Source of the DNA: Squalus acanthias
Lineage: Eukaryota
DNA length: 64,000 nt
Assembly (NCBI GenBank): GCA_030390025.1
Contig: CM059432.1
Coordinates: 11,780,001 to 11,844,000, forward strand
Direction of reading: 5' to 3'
Shown here: positions 24,215 to 38,012 of the stretch, in pieces
Position numbering within the stretch: position 1 is the first letter of the stretch
How the letters are laid out: every line of letters begins with the position of its first letter
Notes under the pieces: generated by a model
Databases searched by the model: none
The model's input: only the letters and a program-made list of their open reading frames with translations
Told to the model about the DNA's origin: nothing
Program-made: the position numbers and the translations under genes

Positions 24215-25975
24215 GAAACATAGAAGATAGGAGCAGGAGCAGGCCATTCAGCCCCTCGAGCCTGCTCCGCCATTCAATGAGATCATGGCTGATCATCCAA
24301 ATTCAGTACCCTGTCCCTGCCTTCTCCCCATATCCCTTGATCCCTTTAGCTTTAAGAAATATATCTAACTCCTTCTTGAATATATTTAATGAATTGGCCT
24401 CCACTGCCTTCTGTGGTAGAGAATTCCACAGGTTCACCACTCTCTGGGTGAAGAAATTCCTCCTCATCTCAGTCCTAAATGGCTTACCCCTTATCCTTAG
24501 ACTGTGACCCCTGGTTCTGGACTCCCCGGCCATCGGGAACATCCTTCCTGCATCTAGTCTGACTAGTCCTGTTAGAATTTTATAAGTTTCAATGAGATCC
24601 CCTCTCATTCTCTAAACTCCAGCGAGTATAAGCCCAATCGACCCAATCTCTCCTCATACGTCATTCCTGCCATCCCAGGTATCAGCCTGGTGAATCTTCG
24701 CTGCAATCCCTCCATGGCAAGAACATCCTTCCTCAGATAAGGTGACCAAAACTGTACACAATACTCAAGATGTGGTCTCACCAAGGCCCTGTACAACTGC
24801 AGCAAGACATCCTTGTTCCTGTACTCGAACCCTTTCGCTACGAAGGCCAACATACCATTTGCCTTCTTAACTGCCTGCTGCATCTGCATGCTTACCTTCA
24901 GCGACTGGTGCACAAGGACACCCAGGTCTCGTTGCACTTCCCCTTCTCCCATTCTATTGCCATTCAGATAATAAGCTGCCTTCCTGTTTTTGACACCAAA
25001 GTGGATAACCTCGCATTTATCCACATTATATTGCATCTGCCATGCTTCTGCCCAATCACCCAACCTGTCCAAATCATACTGGAGTTTCTCGGCATCCTCC
25101 TCACAGCACACACTCCCACCCAGCTTTGTGTCGTCTGCAAACTTGGAGATATTACATCCAATTCCCTCGTCTAGATCATTAATATATATTGTGAATAGCT
25201 GGGGTCCTAGGACCGATCCCTGCGGTACCCCACTAATCACTGCTTGCCACTCGGAAAAAGACCCATTTATTCCAACTCTTTGCTTTCTGTCTGCCAACCA
25301 GTTCTCTATCCAAGACAGTACCTTACCCCCAATCCCATGTGCTTTAACTTTGCACGCTAATCTGTTATGCGGGACCTTATCGAAAGCCTTCTGAAAGTCA
25401 AATACACCACATCCACTGGTTCTCCCTTATCTATTTTACCAGTTACATCCTCAAAAAATTCCAGTAGATTAGTCAAGCACGATTTACCTTTTGTAAATCC
25501 ATGTTGACTTTGTCCGATCCTGTCACTGTTTTCCAAGTGCTCTGCTGTTACATCTTTTATAATGGACTCTAGTATTTTCCCCACTACCGATGTCAGGCTT
25601 ACCGGTCTATAATTCCCCGTTTTCTCTCTACCACCTTTTTTGAATAGTGGGGTAACATTAGCTACCCGCCAATCCATGGGTACTGTTCCAGAGTCTATCG
25701 AATTTTGGAAGATGACCAGCAATGCATCTACTATTTCTAGGGCCACTTCCTTAAGTACCCTAGGATGTAGATTATCAGGCCCTGGGGATTTATCGGCCTT
25801 CAATCCTGTCAATTTCCCTAACACTATTTCCCTACAAATACTGATTTCTTTCAGTTACTCCCTCTCATTAGACCCTATGTTCCCCGACATCTCTGGGAGG
25901 TTATTTGTGTCCTCCTTTGTGAAGACAGAACCAAAGTATGTATTTAATTGGTCTGCCATTTCTTTGTTCCCAATC
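24215..25975 (-). mobile_element. 5'-truncated CR1 LINE (young subfamily)
   Basis: ORFs 25357..25824, 24605..25297 and 24303..24608; very similar to 60946-61911 and 32068-32320. Confidence 0.93.
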
Positions 25976-26489
25976 TGAAATCTGAATCCCGACTCCAACA
26001 TGCCTCCAACCCGCCTACTTCCGGTTTTAACGGAGTCGGGATGGGGTGACGGGCAGCCAACCCTCTCCCAGAAGGCAGGTTGGCACTTTAAATATGATAA
26101 TGAGGCTGGAAACCTCTGCTTTAACCTGCTTTGCAGGTTTAACTGTGGCTGGCCAGGGTTCCTGGACCTCGGGATTCCCGATAGCTGCAGCGAGGCGAGG
26201 ACAGCCTCGGGCAACAATCCTGGTGGATCGGGAGGAGCAGGAGTCTTGCCTGCCTCTCTCTTTAAGGATCGCACATTCCCCTTTACCACTCTCTTTCTCT
26301 TAATATATTTATAAAAATGTTTGCTGTTAGCTTTACATAGGATTACATAAGAACATAAGAACATAAGAAATAGGAGCCAATAGTAGGCCAATTGGCCCCT
26401 CGAGCCTGCTCCGCCATTCAATAAGATCATGGCTGATCTGATCCTAACCGCCAATCTACTATCACAGAACCATCTCCTGAACCTAACAG

Positions 26490-29130
26490 AATTGGACACA
26501 CGAAATAGGAGCAGGATCAGGCTACACGGTCCCTGGGCCCGCTACGCTACCCACAGGGCCATGACCGATCCGAACCTAAACTCATGTCCAAATTCCTGCC
26601 CGCTCCCCGTAACCCTTAATTCCCTTTACTTCTAGGAAACTGTCTATTTCTGTTTTAAATTTATTTAATGATGTAGCTTCTACAGCTTTTTGGGGCAGCA
26701 TATTCCATGGACCTACCACCCTCTGAGTGAAGTAGTTCCTTCTCATCTCAGTTTTGAAAGAGCAGCCCCTTATTCTAAGACTATGCCTCCTAGTTCTAGT
26801 TTCACCCATCATCCGGAACATCCTCCCCGCATCCACCCGATCCAACCCCTTCACAATCTTATATGTTTCAATAAGATCGCCTCTCATTCTTCTGAACTCC
26901 AATGAGTATAGTCCCAATCTACCCAACCTCTCCTCATATGTCCATCCCCTCATCCCCGGGATTAATCGAGTGAACCTTCTTTGTACTGACTCGAGAGCAA
27001 GTATGTCTTTTCTTAAGTATGGACACCAAAACTGTATGCAGTATTCCAGGTGCGGTCTCACCAATACCCTGTACAACTGAAGCAATACCTCCCTATTTTT
27101 ATATTCTATCCCCCTAGCAATGAAAGCCAACATTCCATTGGCCTTCTTAATCACTTGCTGCACCTGCATACTAACCTTTTGAGTTTCGTGCACCAGGACC
27201 CCCAGATCCCTTTGTACTTTAGTACTTTCCAGTTTCTTGCCATTAAGATAATAACTTGCTCTACTATTTTTCCTGCCAAAGTGCATAACCTCACACTTTC
27301 CAGTATTGTATTCCATCTGCCAAATCTCTGCCCACTTACTTAGCCTGTCTATGTCCCCTTGCAGATTTTTTATGTCCTCCTCACTCACTACTTTCCCTCC
27401 CATCTTAGTATCATCTGCGAACTTTGATATGTTACACTCGGTCCCCTCCTCCAAATCGTTAATATAGATTGTAAAGAGTTGGGGACCCAGCACTGACCCC
27501 TGCGGAACACCACTAGTTACTGATTGCCAGTCTGAGAATGAACCATTTATCCCAACTCTCTGCCTTCTGTTAGATAGCCAATCCTCTATCCATGCCAGAA
27601 TATTACCCCCAATCCCGTGATTTTTTATCTTAAGCAATAATCTTTTGTGTGGCACCTTGTCAAATGCCTTTTGGAAGTCTAAATACACCACATCCTTTGG
27701 TTCCCCTTTATCCACCCTGTATGTTACTTCCTCAAAGAACTCCAGCAAATTTGTCAAACATGACTTCCCCTTCATAAAACCATGCTGACTTTGCGGTCTA
27801 TAGTTTCGAGCCTTCTGTCTACTGCCCTTTTTAAATAAGGGTGTTACATTAGCAGTTTTCCAGTCTGCCGGGATCTTTGCTGAGTCCAGGGAGTTTTGGA
27901 AAATTATTACCAATGCATCCACAATCCCTACCGCCACTTCCCTCAAGACCCTAGGATGTAAGCCATCAGGTCCAGGTGATTTATCCGCCTTGAGTCCCAT
28001 TATTTTACCGAGTACCACTTCCTTAGTGATTTTGATCGTGTTTAGCTCCTCTCCCCCTATAGCCCCCTGTTTGTCCAGTGTTGGGATATTCTTAGTGTCC
28101 TCTACTGTAAAGACTGATACAAAATATCCATTCAGTGTATTTGCCATCGCCATATTTCCCACCATTAATTTCCCGGTCTCATCCTCTAAGGGACCAACAT
28201 TTACTTTAGCCACCCTTTTTCTTTTTATATAACTATAAAAACTCTTACTATCTGTTTTTATATTTTTTGCTAATTTACTTTCATAATCTATCTTCCCTTT
28301 CTTAATCAATCTTTTTGTTATTTTTTGCTATCTTTTAAAGTTTTCCCAATCCTCTATCCTCCCACTAGATTTGGCTACCTCATAACCCCTTGTTTTTAGT
28401 CGAATACTATCCTTAATTTCTTTACTTAGCCACGGATGACTGTCTTTTCTTTTACACCCTTTTCTTCTCAGTGGAATATATATTTTTTGGAAGTTGTAAA
28501 ATAACTCCTTAAATGTACACCACTGATCATGTATCGTCTTACCCTTTAATCTATTTTCCCAATCCACTCTACTTAATTCCGCTCGCATACCTTCATAGTC
28601 TCCTTTATTCAAGCTTAGCACGCTTGTTTGAGATCCAACCTTCTCACCCTCTAATTGAATATGGAATTCAACCATGTTATGGTCACTCATTCCAAGGGGA
28701 TCCTTTACTAGGACATTTTTAATTAATCCTGTCTCGTTACACAGGACCAGATCTAAGGTTGCTTGCCCCCTGGTCGGTTCAGTTACATACTGCTCAAGAA
28801 ACCCATCCCTAATACACTCAATGAACTCATCCTCAAGGCAGCCCTGCCCAATTTGATTTGTCCAATTAATATGATAGTTAAAATCCCCCATAATTAAAGA
28901 TGTTCACTTATTACAAGCCTCAACTATTTCCTGATTGATACTCCGTCCAACAGAGTTGCAACTGTTCGGAAGCCTATAGACTACACCCACTAGTGTTTTT
29001 TTCCCCTTATTATTCCTTATCTCCACCCAAACTGTTTCATTATCCTGATCTTTTGACCCAATATCATTTCTCTGTATTACAGTGATTCCTTCCTTTATTA
29101 ACATAGCCACCCCACCTCCCCTTCCTTCCA
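26490..29130 (-). mobile_element. 5'-truncated CR1 LINE (partial endonuclease plus RT)
   Basis: ORFs 28904..29176, 28328..28891 and 26582..28309 (575 aa). Confidence 0.93.
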
Positions 29131-30650
29131 TCGGATATACGGCACAGAAACAAGCCATTCGGCCCAACCAGTCCATGCCGGCCGGCGTTTATGCTCCACT
29201 CGAGCCTCCTCCCGTCTTTCCTCATCTAAATCTATCTGCATAACTCTCTATTCCCTTCTCCCTCATATGCTTGTCCAGCCTCCCCTTAAATGCATCTATA
29301 CTATTTGCTTCAACCACTCGCTGTGGTAGCGAGTTCCACATTCTCACCACTCTCTGGGTAAAGAAGTTTCTTCTGAATTCCCTATTTGATTTCTTGGTGA
29401 CTATCTTATATTGATGGCCACTAGTTATGCTCTTCCCCACAAGTGGAAACATTCTCTCTGTATCCACTTTATCGAAATTTTTCATAATTTTAAAGACCTC
29501 TATTAGGTCACCCCTCAGCCTTCTTTTTTCAAGAGAAAAGAGACCCAGCCTGTTCATCCTTTCCTGATATGTATACCCTCGCATTTCTGGTATCATCCTT
29601 GTAAATCTTCTCTGCACCCTCTCCAGTGCCTCTATATCCTTATAATATGGTGACCAGAACTGTATGCAGTACTCTAAGTGTGGTCTAACCAAGGTTCGAT
29701 ACAGGTTTAGCATAACTTCCCTACTTTTCAATTCTATCCCTCTAGAAATAAACCCTAGTGCTTGATTTGCTTTTTTTATGGCCTTGCTAACCTGTGTCGC
29801 GACTTTTAGTGATTTGTGTATTTATACTGCTAGATCCTTTTGTTTCTCTACCCCACCTAGACTCGCACCCTCCAAGTAATAAGTGACCTCCCTATTCTTC
29901 CTACCAAAATGTAATACCTCACATTTATCTGTGTTGAACTTCATTTGCCAATTATATGCCCATTCTGCAAGTTTTTTAATGTCCTCCTGTAACTTGTTGC
30001 AGTCCTCCTCAGTATTGACTATCCCCCCCGATTTGGTGTCATCCGCAAATTTAGAAATTGTGTTTTTGATTCCTAAGTCTAAATCGTTAATGTAAATTGT
30101 GAACAGCAGTGGTCCCAACACTGATCCTTGTGGAACACCACTACCCACCTTCTGTCACTGTGAATAGCGACCCTTTACTCCCATTCTCTGCTTTCTGTCC
30201 TGAAGCCAGCCAGCAATCCATTCTGTTACTTGTCCCCTGACTCCGCATTCTCTGACCTTTAATATTCCTTGCATTTTTTTTTCATATTCCCCTTTTTACA
30301 CGTATTATTACTTTCTTTGTATTCCTTTGTTGCTTTTTGTAGCTGCTGGATTTCCACAATTGTGCCATTGGTTTGCATGAGTGAGCTACCAATACCCTAT
30401 GATTCCTCTCCTGTGTTACGTCATGTAGCCGGGAACCACGTTGTTTATACGCCTGCTGTTTATTTCCTTTTCCTAGTGTTATTACCTTGTATTTGTCCAC
30501 ATTAAACGCCATTTGCCACTCCTCAGCCCACCTTTCCAATTTATCCAGATGACTTTGCCTGTTCACTATTCTTTGAACCCCTCTCCCAATTTGATGACAT
30601 CTGCAAATTTAAATAGCTATATTTCTGTCTCCAGTTCCAAATCATTTATA
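29131..30650 (-). mobile_element. Further CR1 fragments (different subfamilies)
   Basis: ORFs 29822..30148, 29222..29731 and 30282..30566. Confidence 0.88.
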
Positions 30651-30656
30651 TTCAAT

Positions 30657-31388
30657 GGGGTAGAGTTTCCGCTTTGGGGATCAATCGGCGATCCGGGCGC
30701 AAATTGCGCTCAAAATTGCGCTAGTTTTGAGGAGGTTTTTTTTTCTCTCGCGTTTCCGCTCAAATGCATTTGCATATCGCTGAGCACAAAATCTGCCATG
30801 AACCAGCGCAACTGGGCAGCGTTTTAAAATGTAATTTAAGAAAATGAAATTTGCTTTTAGAAATATTTCTCGATGTATTTAAGAGTGGTAACCTGGTGCA
30901 GTTAGATTAATACGGCTGAAAATGGGTTTATCACCAAAAATAAGCATTTTAAATCGCAGCGTCAATCCGCACCACCTGTGATTAACCCGATTTTAAATTA
31001 TGAAAATTATTTTTTTTAAATATACCAAACCATTTGCGCGTTCTATTGGGGTGCAGTAGTCAGTTTCTTAGTATATTTTTAAAAAATTACATTCAACCAG
31101 CTTTAATTTTTACAGCCTCCTCGAAGGCCCGCAAACGAGCGCGATTAGTGGACACTCGCAGTGGCGATTAATTCATCCTGAGGGCGTGGCCAGTTTTGGG
31201 GGCGGGGCCGGCCTCCAGCGCCATGTTTTTTTAAACTAGTGCGAAAGATCACGGAAACTCCATTTGCGCCGAGCGTAATTTGCGTTGAAAATGCCGCGAT
31301 CTTTTGGGCCGGTTTACGCCGATTTCGGGCGAATCGCGCCGGGAAAAAACCCCCAAAAACCAGCGCAACCGAGCGTAAACTCTACCCC
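30657..31388. mobile_element. Harbinger-like MITE
   Basis: TIRs ggggtagagtttccgct / agcgtaaactctacccc; splits a CR1 fragment; related sequence in opposite orientation near 52900-53640. Confidence 0.75.
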
Positions 31389-32067
31389 ACTGTAAATAGC
31401 AGGGGCCCAGGCACTAATCCCCGTGGCACTCTGCTTTTTTTTTAACCTACTTGCTGTGAATGTCTTAACAGTTGATTCTCTGGGACGCAGGATGGAGTTC
31501 AGTGAGGAAAGAGTGGGCCGGGGCTGCGGGTTTTATTCCGCACGAGGACCTGAGCCACGGCACTCGGAACGACTCACGGTTTACAGAAGCAGGAAACTCC
31601 GGCCGAGGAAAAATACTGCAGAACTTCAGCGGCGAGGAGATCAAAACATTGGGTTGGGGTTTAGTGGAGGAGAGGAAGAGGTGAGGTGAAAGTGGTCTTG
31701 ATGACCGAACAGAGATGGGAAAAGGAAGTTGAGCTTATGAGTTGAACAGCTCACCAAGGTTCCCCATCTCTGGGATAAGCTTGAGTCAGCAATAGGGGGA
31801 GGTGAGGTGGATTCAGGCCAGAATCGTGTAGGAGCTGAAGAGAATGGCTTCAGTTTTACTGACATCAAGGTGGAGGAAGTCTTGTCTTATCTCTTGATGA
31901 CCGTTAGGCAGCTGGAGCCAGTGAGTCGCTTTTATCACATCTTTTCAATAAACCAAGTGCCGCCGAGTAGCCCTTGAGAGCGATATAAACGCCTTTGTAC
32001 AAAAGGAGAAGTAGTCGCGCACTCAAATTTTGCTGTGGCTTTGAATATTTCTCTATTCGCATCTGCG

Positions 32068-33125
32068 GAGGAATTTCTTCACCCAGAGAGTGGTGAACCT
32101 GTGGAATTCTCTGCCACAGAAGGCAGTAGAGGCCAATTCATTAAATAGATTCAAGAAGGAGTTGGATATATTTCTTAAGGCTAATGGGATCAAGGGATAT
32201 GGGGAGAAAGCAGGGACAGGGTGCTGAATTTGGATGATCAGCCATGATCGCATTGAATGGCGGAGCAGGCTAGAGGGGCCGAATGGCCTACTCCTGCTCC
32301 TATCTTCTATGATTCTATGATTCTGCGGTTGGTTTGATGGGCGCACCTTCATTCTGAAGCTTAGGACTAGCCACACGTACAGCAAGTTGTGCAGGGCTGT
32401 CCATTTCCCTTCTGTCTTAGAGCGACTAGTAAAGCGTAAAGGGTCTGCAGTATTAATCTCCCAAGTGTGTGTCAAAATGAACAAGTGAGATGATGGGGAA
32501 AATACACCAAACAATTCGCTAGATTGATTTATAGAAACAAAAATGGCCTTTTGAGTATTTCCAGGCTATCACCAGATCCCAGCTCTTAACAACCAGTCGA
32601 TTCGCAGCAGATCTCAGTAATCTTCCCTTATACACACACAAAAATTCACTAGATTGATTCCTGGGATGAGAGGGTTATCCTGTGAGGAGAGATTGAGTAG
32701 ATCGGGCTTATACTCTCTGGTGTTTAGAAGAATGAGAGGTGATCTCATTGAAACATATAAGATTCTGAGGGGCATTGACATGATAGATGCTGAGAGATTG
32801 TTTCCCCCTGGCTGAGGAGTCTAGAAGTAGGGGTCATAGTCTAAGGATAAGGGGTCGGTCTTTTAAGACTGAGATGAGGAGGAATATCTTCACTCAGAGG
32901 GTTGTGAATCTTTGGAATTCTCTGCCCCAGAGGGCTGTGAATGCTCAGTCGTTGAGTATATTCAAGGCTCAGATCGATAGATTTTTGGACTCCAGGGGAA
33001 TCGAGGGATATGGAGATCGGGCGGGAAAGTGGAGTTGAGGTCGATGATCAGCCATGATCTTATTGAATGGCAGAGCGGGCTGGAGGGGCCATATGGCCTA
33101 CTCCTGCTCCAATTTCTTATGTTCT
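32068..33125 (+). mobile_element. Two CR1 3' fragments (about 32068-32320 and 32645-33125)
   Basis: RVVNLWNSLP coding end and CR1 tails; the second ends about 65 nt before the SPIRE1 last-exon acceptor. Confidence 0.88.
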
Positions 33126-33190
33126 AAAATAGTTCTCACCATTCATCTCCTCAATGCGTCTCTAACATGAGGCTGTTTGATCTTTCACAG

Positions 33191-33458
33191 ACTGCCATCA
33201 ATGTCCAAATCTTCTGAGAAGTCAACCGATAACCTGGAGTTTCCCAAAGAGCTGATGGAGGACTGGAGCACGATGGAGGTTTGTGTTGACTGTAAGAAGT
33301 TCATTTCCGAAATCATAAGCTCCAGTCGACGGAGCCTTGTCCTGGCGAACAAGCGCGCCAGGTTAAAACGGAAAACCCAGTCCTTTTATATGTCCTCGAC
33401 AAGTACGTCAGAGTTTCGACTGGCAGCACCCAAGGAGCGAACTATCAAAGAGGTTTAG
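33191..33458 (+). CDS. SPIRE1: SPIRE1 last coding exon ([10 protein letters not shown]...[52 protein letters not shown]...ERTIKEV*)
   Basis: tctttcacag|A CTG, phase 2; conserved SPIRE1 C-terminus; TAG at 33456-33458. Confidence 0.97.
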
Positions 33459-34580
33459 ACTTGTGCCTTTTTATCTTCTTCCTTCTTCCTGAAGCTGTTG
33501 TTTTTTTTGAACTGGCATCTCAGAACAAAAATAACTGGAAATGGATCCACAAAAACACAGGAACATGGACTGACTATGCTAAAATTCACATGTATCTAGC
33601 TTTCACGTAATAACAAAAGTCAGGGTTCATTTGTATGGTCATATCTTTGTGAATGGGTCTTATCAAACATGAAATAATGTAAGTTACTTGTATATAATTG
33701 TAATATATTTTATTAACAGGAGGGTTTGGGCCCCGCTGACATTGGGAGTGGATATCTAATGCCACTTGCCACAGTTGAAAATTGACAACTTGTGTAATAT
33801 TTAATCTGTGCGGTATATGTACATGGAATATACTACAAACGGTCTTAGTTTAATCTGGAACATCTTTCGAGGTAATGATCTTATTCGATTGTCGTCAATT
33901 TTTTTTTTTTACTTAAACTTTGTGTCCGAGGTTTATAGATTAGGGAGAAAGATAGTTTCGGATGTGAGGGGCACTGGGAGCTCACTTTTCTATGATTTTA
34001 AAAAAAGAAAGCGCTTTTATTTTTTAACTGGATAATGATGGATTTCCGACTCTGCCCCCTCTTTGTTTTCATGAAAGCACCAGAAAATTGTCAGTATTTG
34101 TCAAACTGATGCTAGACCTGTATTGAACACTTGAATGCCAGCTTGTACGAGACAGTTTTTGCACTTATATGAAGTACTTGATCCACCCGCTCTTCCGAAA
34201 CTTGTTTGAACTTAAAAAGATCTCCTTCATGAAAGTAGCATTGTGACCAGTTCCCCACTGAGCTGATCAGGCCAGCGCAGTGCAATAAATCCATAGCTAA
34301 CCCAACTGTTGCCTTCCAGCCTTGGCTTATTGGTTACTAGCCTGAATACTTAAGGAATGGATTGCCATAACTTCCCCGCCCTTTCACTCCATTTCCCCCT
34401 TCACCAAACTGTGCACCTGTATGTGCTGTATTATATAGTTTCTAAATTATACTGTAGGGCTGATGTGAACAAGACCTGCCATTCAGTTCACTTGTACTAC
34501 TGAGTTTCCTGTATGTTCTATGTAAATGCAATGACTGTTCATGCATTAATTAAAAAAAAACACTGTAATCTTTATAAAGA
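33459..34580 (+). other. SPIRE1: Probable SPIRE1 3' UTR
   Basis: About 1.1 kb of TE-free, AT-rich sequence after the stop; AATAAA at 34284-34289 and ATTAAA at 34549-34554; Pumilio-type TGTATATA at 33689-33696. Confidence 0.6.
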
Positions 34581-34629
34581 ATATTGTCTCTCATTTAGCA
34601 GTAGCGATATGACCAGCCAGTTTTTACTG

Positions 34630-35545
34630 TGCCGATGACACCAAACTTGGGGGGGTGGTGGCAAACAGTGATGATGATATCGATCGACTGCAATGGGACA
34701 TAGAAAGGCTAGCAGAATGGGCAGACAAGTGGCAGATGGAATTTAATACAGAGAAGTGTGAGGTGATGCATTTTGACAGAAGGAACAGGGAGAGGCAATA
34801 TACACTTAATGGCACAGTTTTAAAGAGTGTGCAGGGACTGAGGGACCTGGGAGTTAATGTGCATAGGTCCCTGAAGGTGGCGGGACATATTGAGAGAGTG
34901 GTTAACAAAGCTTATGGGATCTTGGGCTTCATAAATAGATGTATTGAGTACAAAAGTAGAGAAGTTATGCTGAACCTTTATAAAGCGCTGGTTAGGCCAC
35001 AACTGGAGTATTGCGTCCAGTTCTGGTCACCACACTTTAGGAAGGATGTGAAGGCCCTTGAGAGGGTGCAGAGGAGATTTACCAGAATGGTTCCGGGGAT
35101 GGGGGGATCTTAGCTACAGAGACAGGCTGGAGAAGCTGGATTTGTTTTCCTTAGAGCAAAGGAGGTTGAGGGGTGATTTGATCGAGGTGTACAAGATTAT
35201 GACGGGTTTGGATAGACTAGACGGGGAAAGGCTGTTCCCACTAGTTGATGGTGCAAGGACTAGGGGACACAGATTTAAGGTTTTGGGCAAGAGATACAGG
35301 GGGATGTGTGGAAAAACTTCTTTACGCAGCGAGTGGTGAGGACCTGGAACTCGCTGCCGACGGAAGTGGTGGAAGCGGAGACACTCAATGTTTTCAAGGG
35401 GAGACTGGATAGACCCTTGAGGGAAATAAACCTGCAGGGCTACGGGGATAGAGCGGGGGAATGGGACTGACTGGATTGCTCTGCAGAGAGCCGGCACGGA
35501 CTCGATGGGCCGAGTGTCCTCCTTCTGTGCCGTTATGACTCTATG
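34630..35545 (+). mobile_element. CR1 LINE 3' fragment
   Basis: ADDTKLGG through RPQLEYCVQFWSP to tail. Confidence 0.9.
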
Positions 35546-35732
35546 ACATATTGAACTTTTCCAATTCAGGAATAGGAAGGTTATCAATTCCTATTGACTT
35601 TTCAGCACTTAACACCCTCAGGACTCTGTAGAATATTCACCTTTTACATCCTCTAAAATGGATGTGGATCATACTGAGGATATTGGATTTTGGCTCACCG
35701 TGGATTATTACAGTGGTGAGAAAAAATACAAT

Positions 35733-36493
35733 GGCCTGGAATTTGCGGTCAGCGGCGAAGCAAAGGCGTTCGCCGCTGGCGCCGAAGAAAGCTGCCCGCA
35801 AAGATCTCACGATCTCTGTGGTGAGACATTTGCCTTTTCCGACGCGTCAGTGATTTCAGTGCAATATAATGGGGAATCCCTAACACGCTCTGCTGTGACG
35901 TCAACAAAGCTGTCTAAGCAGCCAATCACATTGCAGAATTCTCACAGCCATGGAAGCAGGAAATGAGAACCTGCTTTTTTTTAAAAATGTTAGAGAGCAA
36001 AACAAGATTGGGGCTCCCACATGGGGATAAGGTAGAAACCTGAAATAAATATGATAAACTCTTTAAAAAAAAAAAAAAAAAAAAAAAATTTAAGTTTCTT
36101 AAAAATTGTAATTTTTATCATAATAGGAAAATTTGACACTCCACAAAATTAAAATTAGTTTTTCAGGGCCATAGAGTTTGTTTAACAGTCAATACGCTGT
36201 TAAAACCCCAGTCACACCTAATCCAAAAGGGTCTAACATTTAATGGGATATTTAATAGTGATGTTACCGCGGAAAAGCCCAAGTTTTCGTCAGTTTCACT
36301 GATTGCCGGCTATGGGAGCGGGGGGGTGGGGGGCACAGCGCAGCCAGGGTCGGAGCAGTGAATGACTGACCCCCAATTTCAGGATTTCAGCGTTAGGATG
36401 CGCAGGGGCTGCATCCTGAAGTTGCGGTCAGTTTCAAAGGGGTAATAGCAGTGAGCGCTGTTTGTTGTTATTGCCCGCTGCAAATTCTGGCCC
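35733..36493. mobile_element. Harbinger-like MITE
   Basis: TIRs ggcctggaatttgc / gcaaattctggccc; TSD aat on both sides. Confidence 0.7.
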
Positions 36494-36603
36494 AATGTAT
36501 TGGTTTTTTTTTATTCGTTCCTGGGATGTGGGCGTTGCTGGCAAGGCCAGCATTTATTGCCCACCCCTAATTGCCCTTGAGAAGGTGGTGGTGAGCCGCT
36601 AAC

Positions 36604-36641
36604 TTACCTGAGGAAGGAGCGACAGCTCCGAAAGCTTGTAA
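36604..36641 (+). ncRNA. Minimal hammerhead ribozyme, family B
   Basis: ttac-CTGAGGA-a-ggagc-gaca-gctcc-GAAA-gc-TT-gtaa: perfect stems I and II, palindromic AAGCTT stem III. Confidence 0.78.
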
Positions 36642-36689
36642 AATTAAATAAATCTGTTGGACTATAACCTGGTGTTGTGCGACTTCTCA

Positions 36690-37282
36690 TTTTCATAAAT
36701 AGAGGCATAGAGTACAAAAGTGTGGAAATTCTGATGAACCTTTATAAAACACTGGTTCGGCCTCAACTGGAGTATTGTGTCCAATTCTGGGCACCGCACT
36801 TTAGGAAGGATGTGAAGGCCTTGGAGAGGGTGCAGAAAAGATTTACAAGAATGATTCCAGGAATGAAGGACTTCAGTTACGTTGATAGACTGGAGAAGCT
36901 GGGGTTGTTCTCCTCAGAGCAGAGAAGATTGAGAGCAGATTCGATAGAGGTGTTCAAAATCATGAGGGGTGTGGGCAGAGTAGATAGAGAGATACTGTTC
37001 CCTTTGGCGGAAGGGTCGAGAACCAGAGGACACAGATTTAAGGTGATTGGCAAAAGAACCAGAGGCAACATGAGGAAAAACTTTTCTACGCAGCGAGTGG
37101 TTATGATCTGGAATGCACTGCCTGAATGGGTGGTGGAGGCAGATTCAATCTTATCTTTCAAAAGAGAATTGGATAAGTAAATTGCAGGGCTACGGGGAAA
37201 GGGCGGGGGAGTGGGACTAGCTGAGAGCCGGCACGGGCTCGACGGGCCGAATGGCCTTCTTCCGTGCTGTAACCATTCTATG
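36690..37282 (+). mobile_element. CR1 LINE 3' fragment (related pieces at about 38480-38670, 40150-40660 and 44680-45085 on -; 56345-56785 on +)
   Basis: ORF 36677..37180. Confidence 0.88.
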
Positions 37283-37604
37283 ATACGAGGAAGTGAGACA
37301 TTTGTCCAGTGACAGAGAAACACTTCCTGAACTGGATTTAGAGGCATGAGACTTGTCTGAGATGATGGATTCTCTCCTCCATGTTTCTTTCATTTAAAAA
37401 AATTTAATTTGTTAGTTCTACTCCAAGATCAGCGAGTTACTACTTGTAGAGATTAGTTTACAATCACCAAGTGGGGCTACCTCATTCCTTCTCAAGACCA
37501 CAAGATAATTACAAATGAGGAAGGTCATTTAGCCCATCCTAAGCCATTCAGACAGACCCAAAATTTCCCTCCACCCATCCATTTCCCCCCACCGATCAAG
37601 CAAG

Positions 37605-38012
37605 TACAGTAGCATAGTGGGCAATAGTGTTACTGGGCTAGTAATCCAGAGGCCTGGACTAATGATCCAGAGACTGTGAATTCAAATCCCTGCCATGGCA
37701 GCTGGGGGAATTTAAATTAAAATAATTAAATAAATCTGGAATTAAAAAAGCTACTATCAGTAATGGTGACCATGAAACTACCGGATTGTTGAAAAAACCC
37801 ATTTGGTTCACTAATGTCCTTTAGGGAAGGAAATCTGGTGTGTGACCTTAGAGTGACTCCAGACCCACAGCAATGTGGTTGACTCTTAACTGCCCTCTGA
37901 AATGGCCCAGCAAGCCACTCAGTTGTATAAAGTGGCTCGCCACCACCTTCTCAAGGGCAATGAGAGATGGGCAATAAATGCTGGCCTTGCTCACATCCCG
38001 TGAATGAATAAA
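37605..38012 (+). mobile_element. Second tRNA-like SINE family
   Basis: tagcatagtgg ... ttcaaatcc boxes; tail caccaccttctcaagggcaat..gggcaataaatgctgg shared with 36500-36600 (-), 46240-46390 and 47070-47325. Confidence 0.65.

Noticed and set aside
26582..28309. 575-aa RT ORF as an active or domesticated gene
   Set aside because: 5'-truncated CR1 with upstream breaks and an in-frame deletion (NYRP joined directly to QSQHGF) removing a conserved RT segment.
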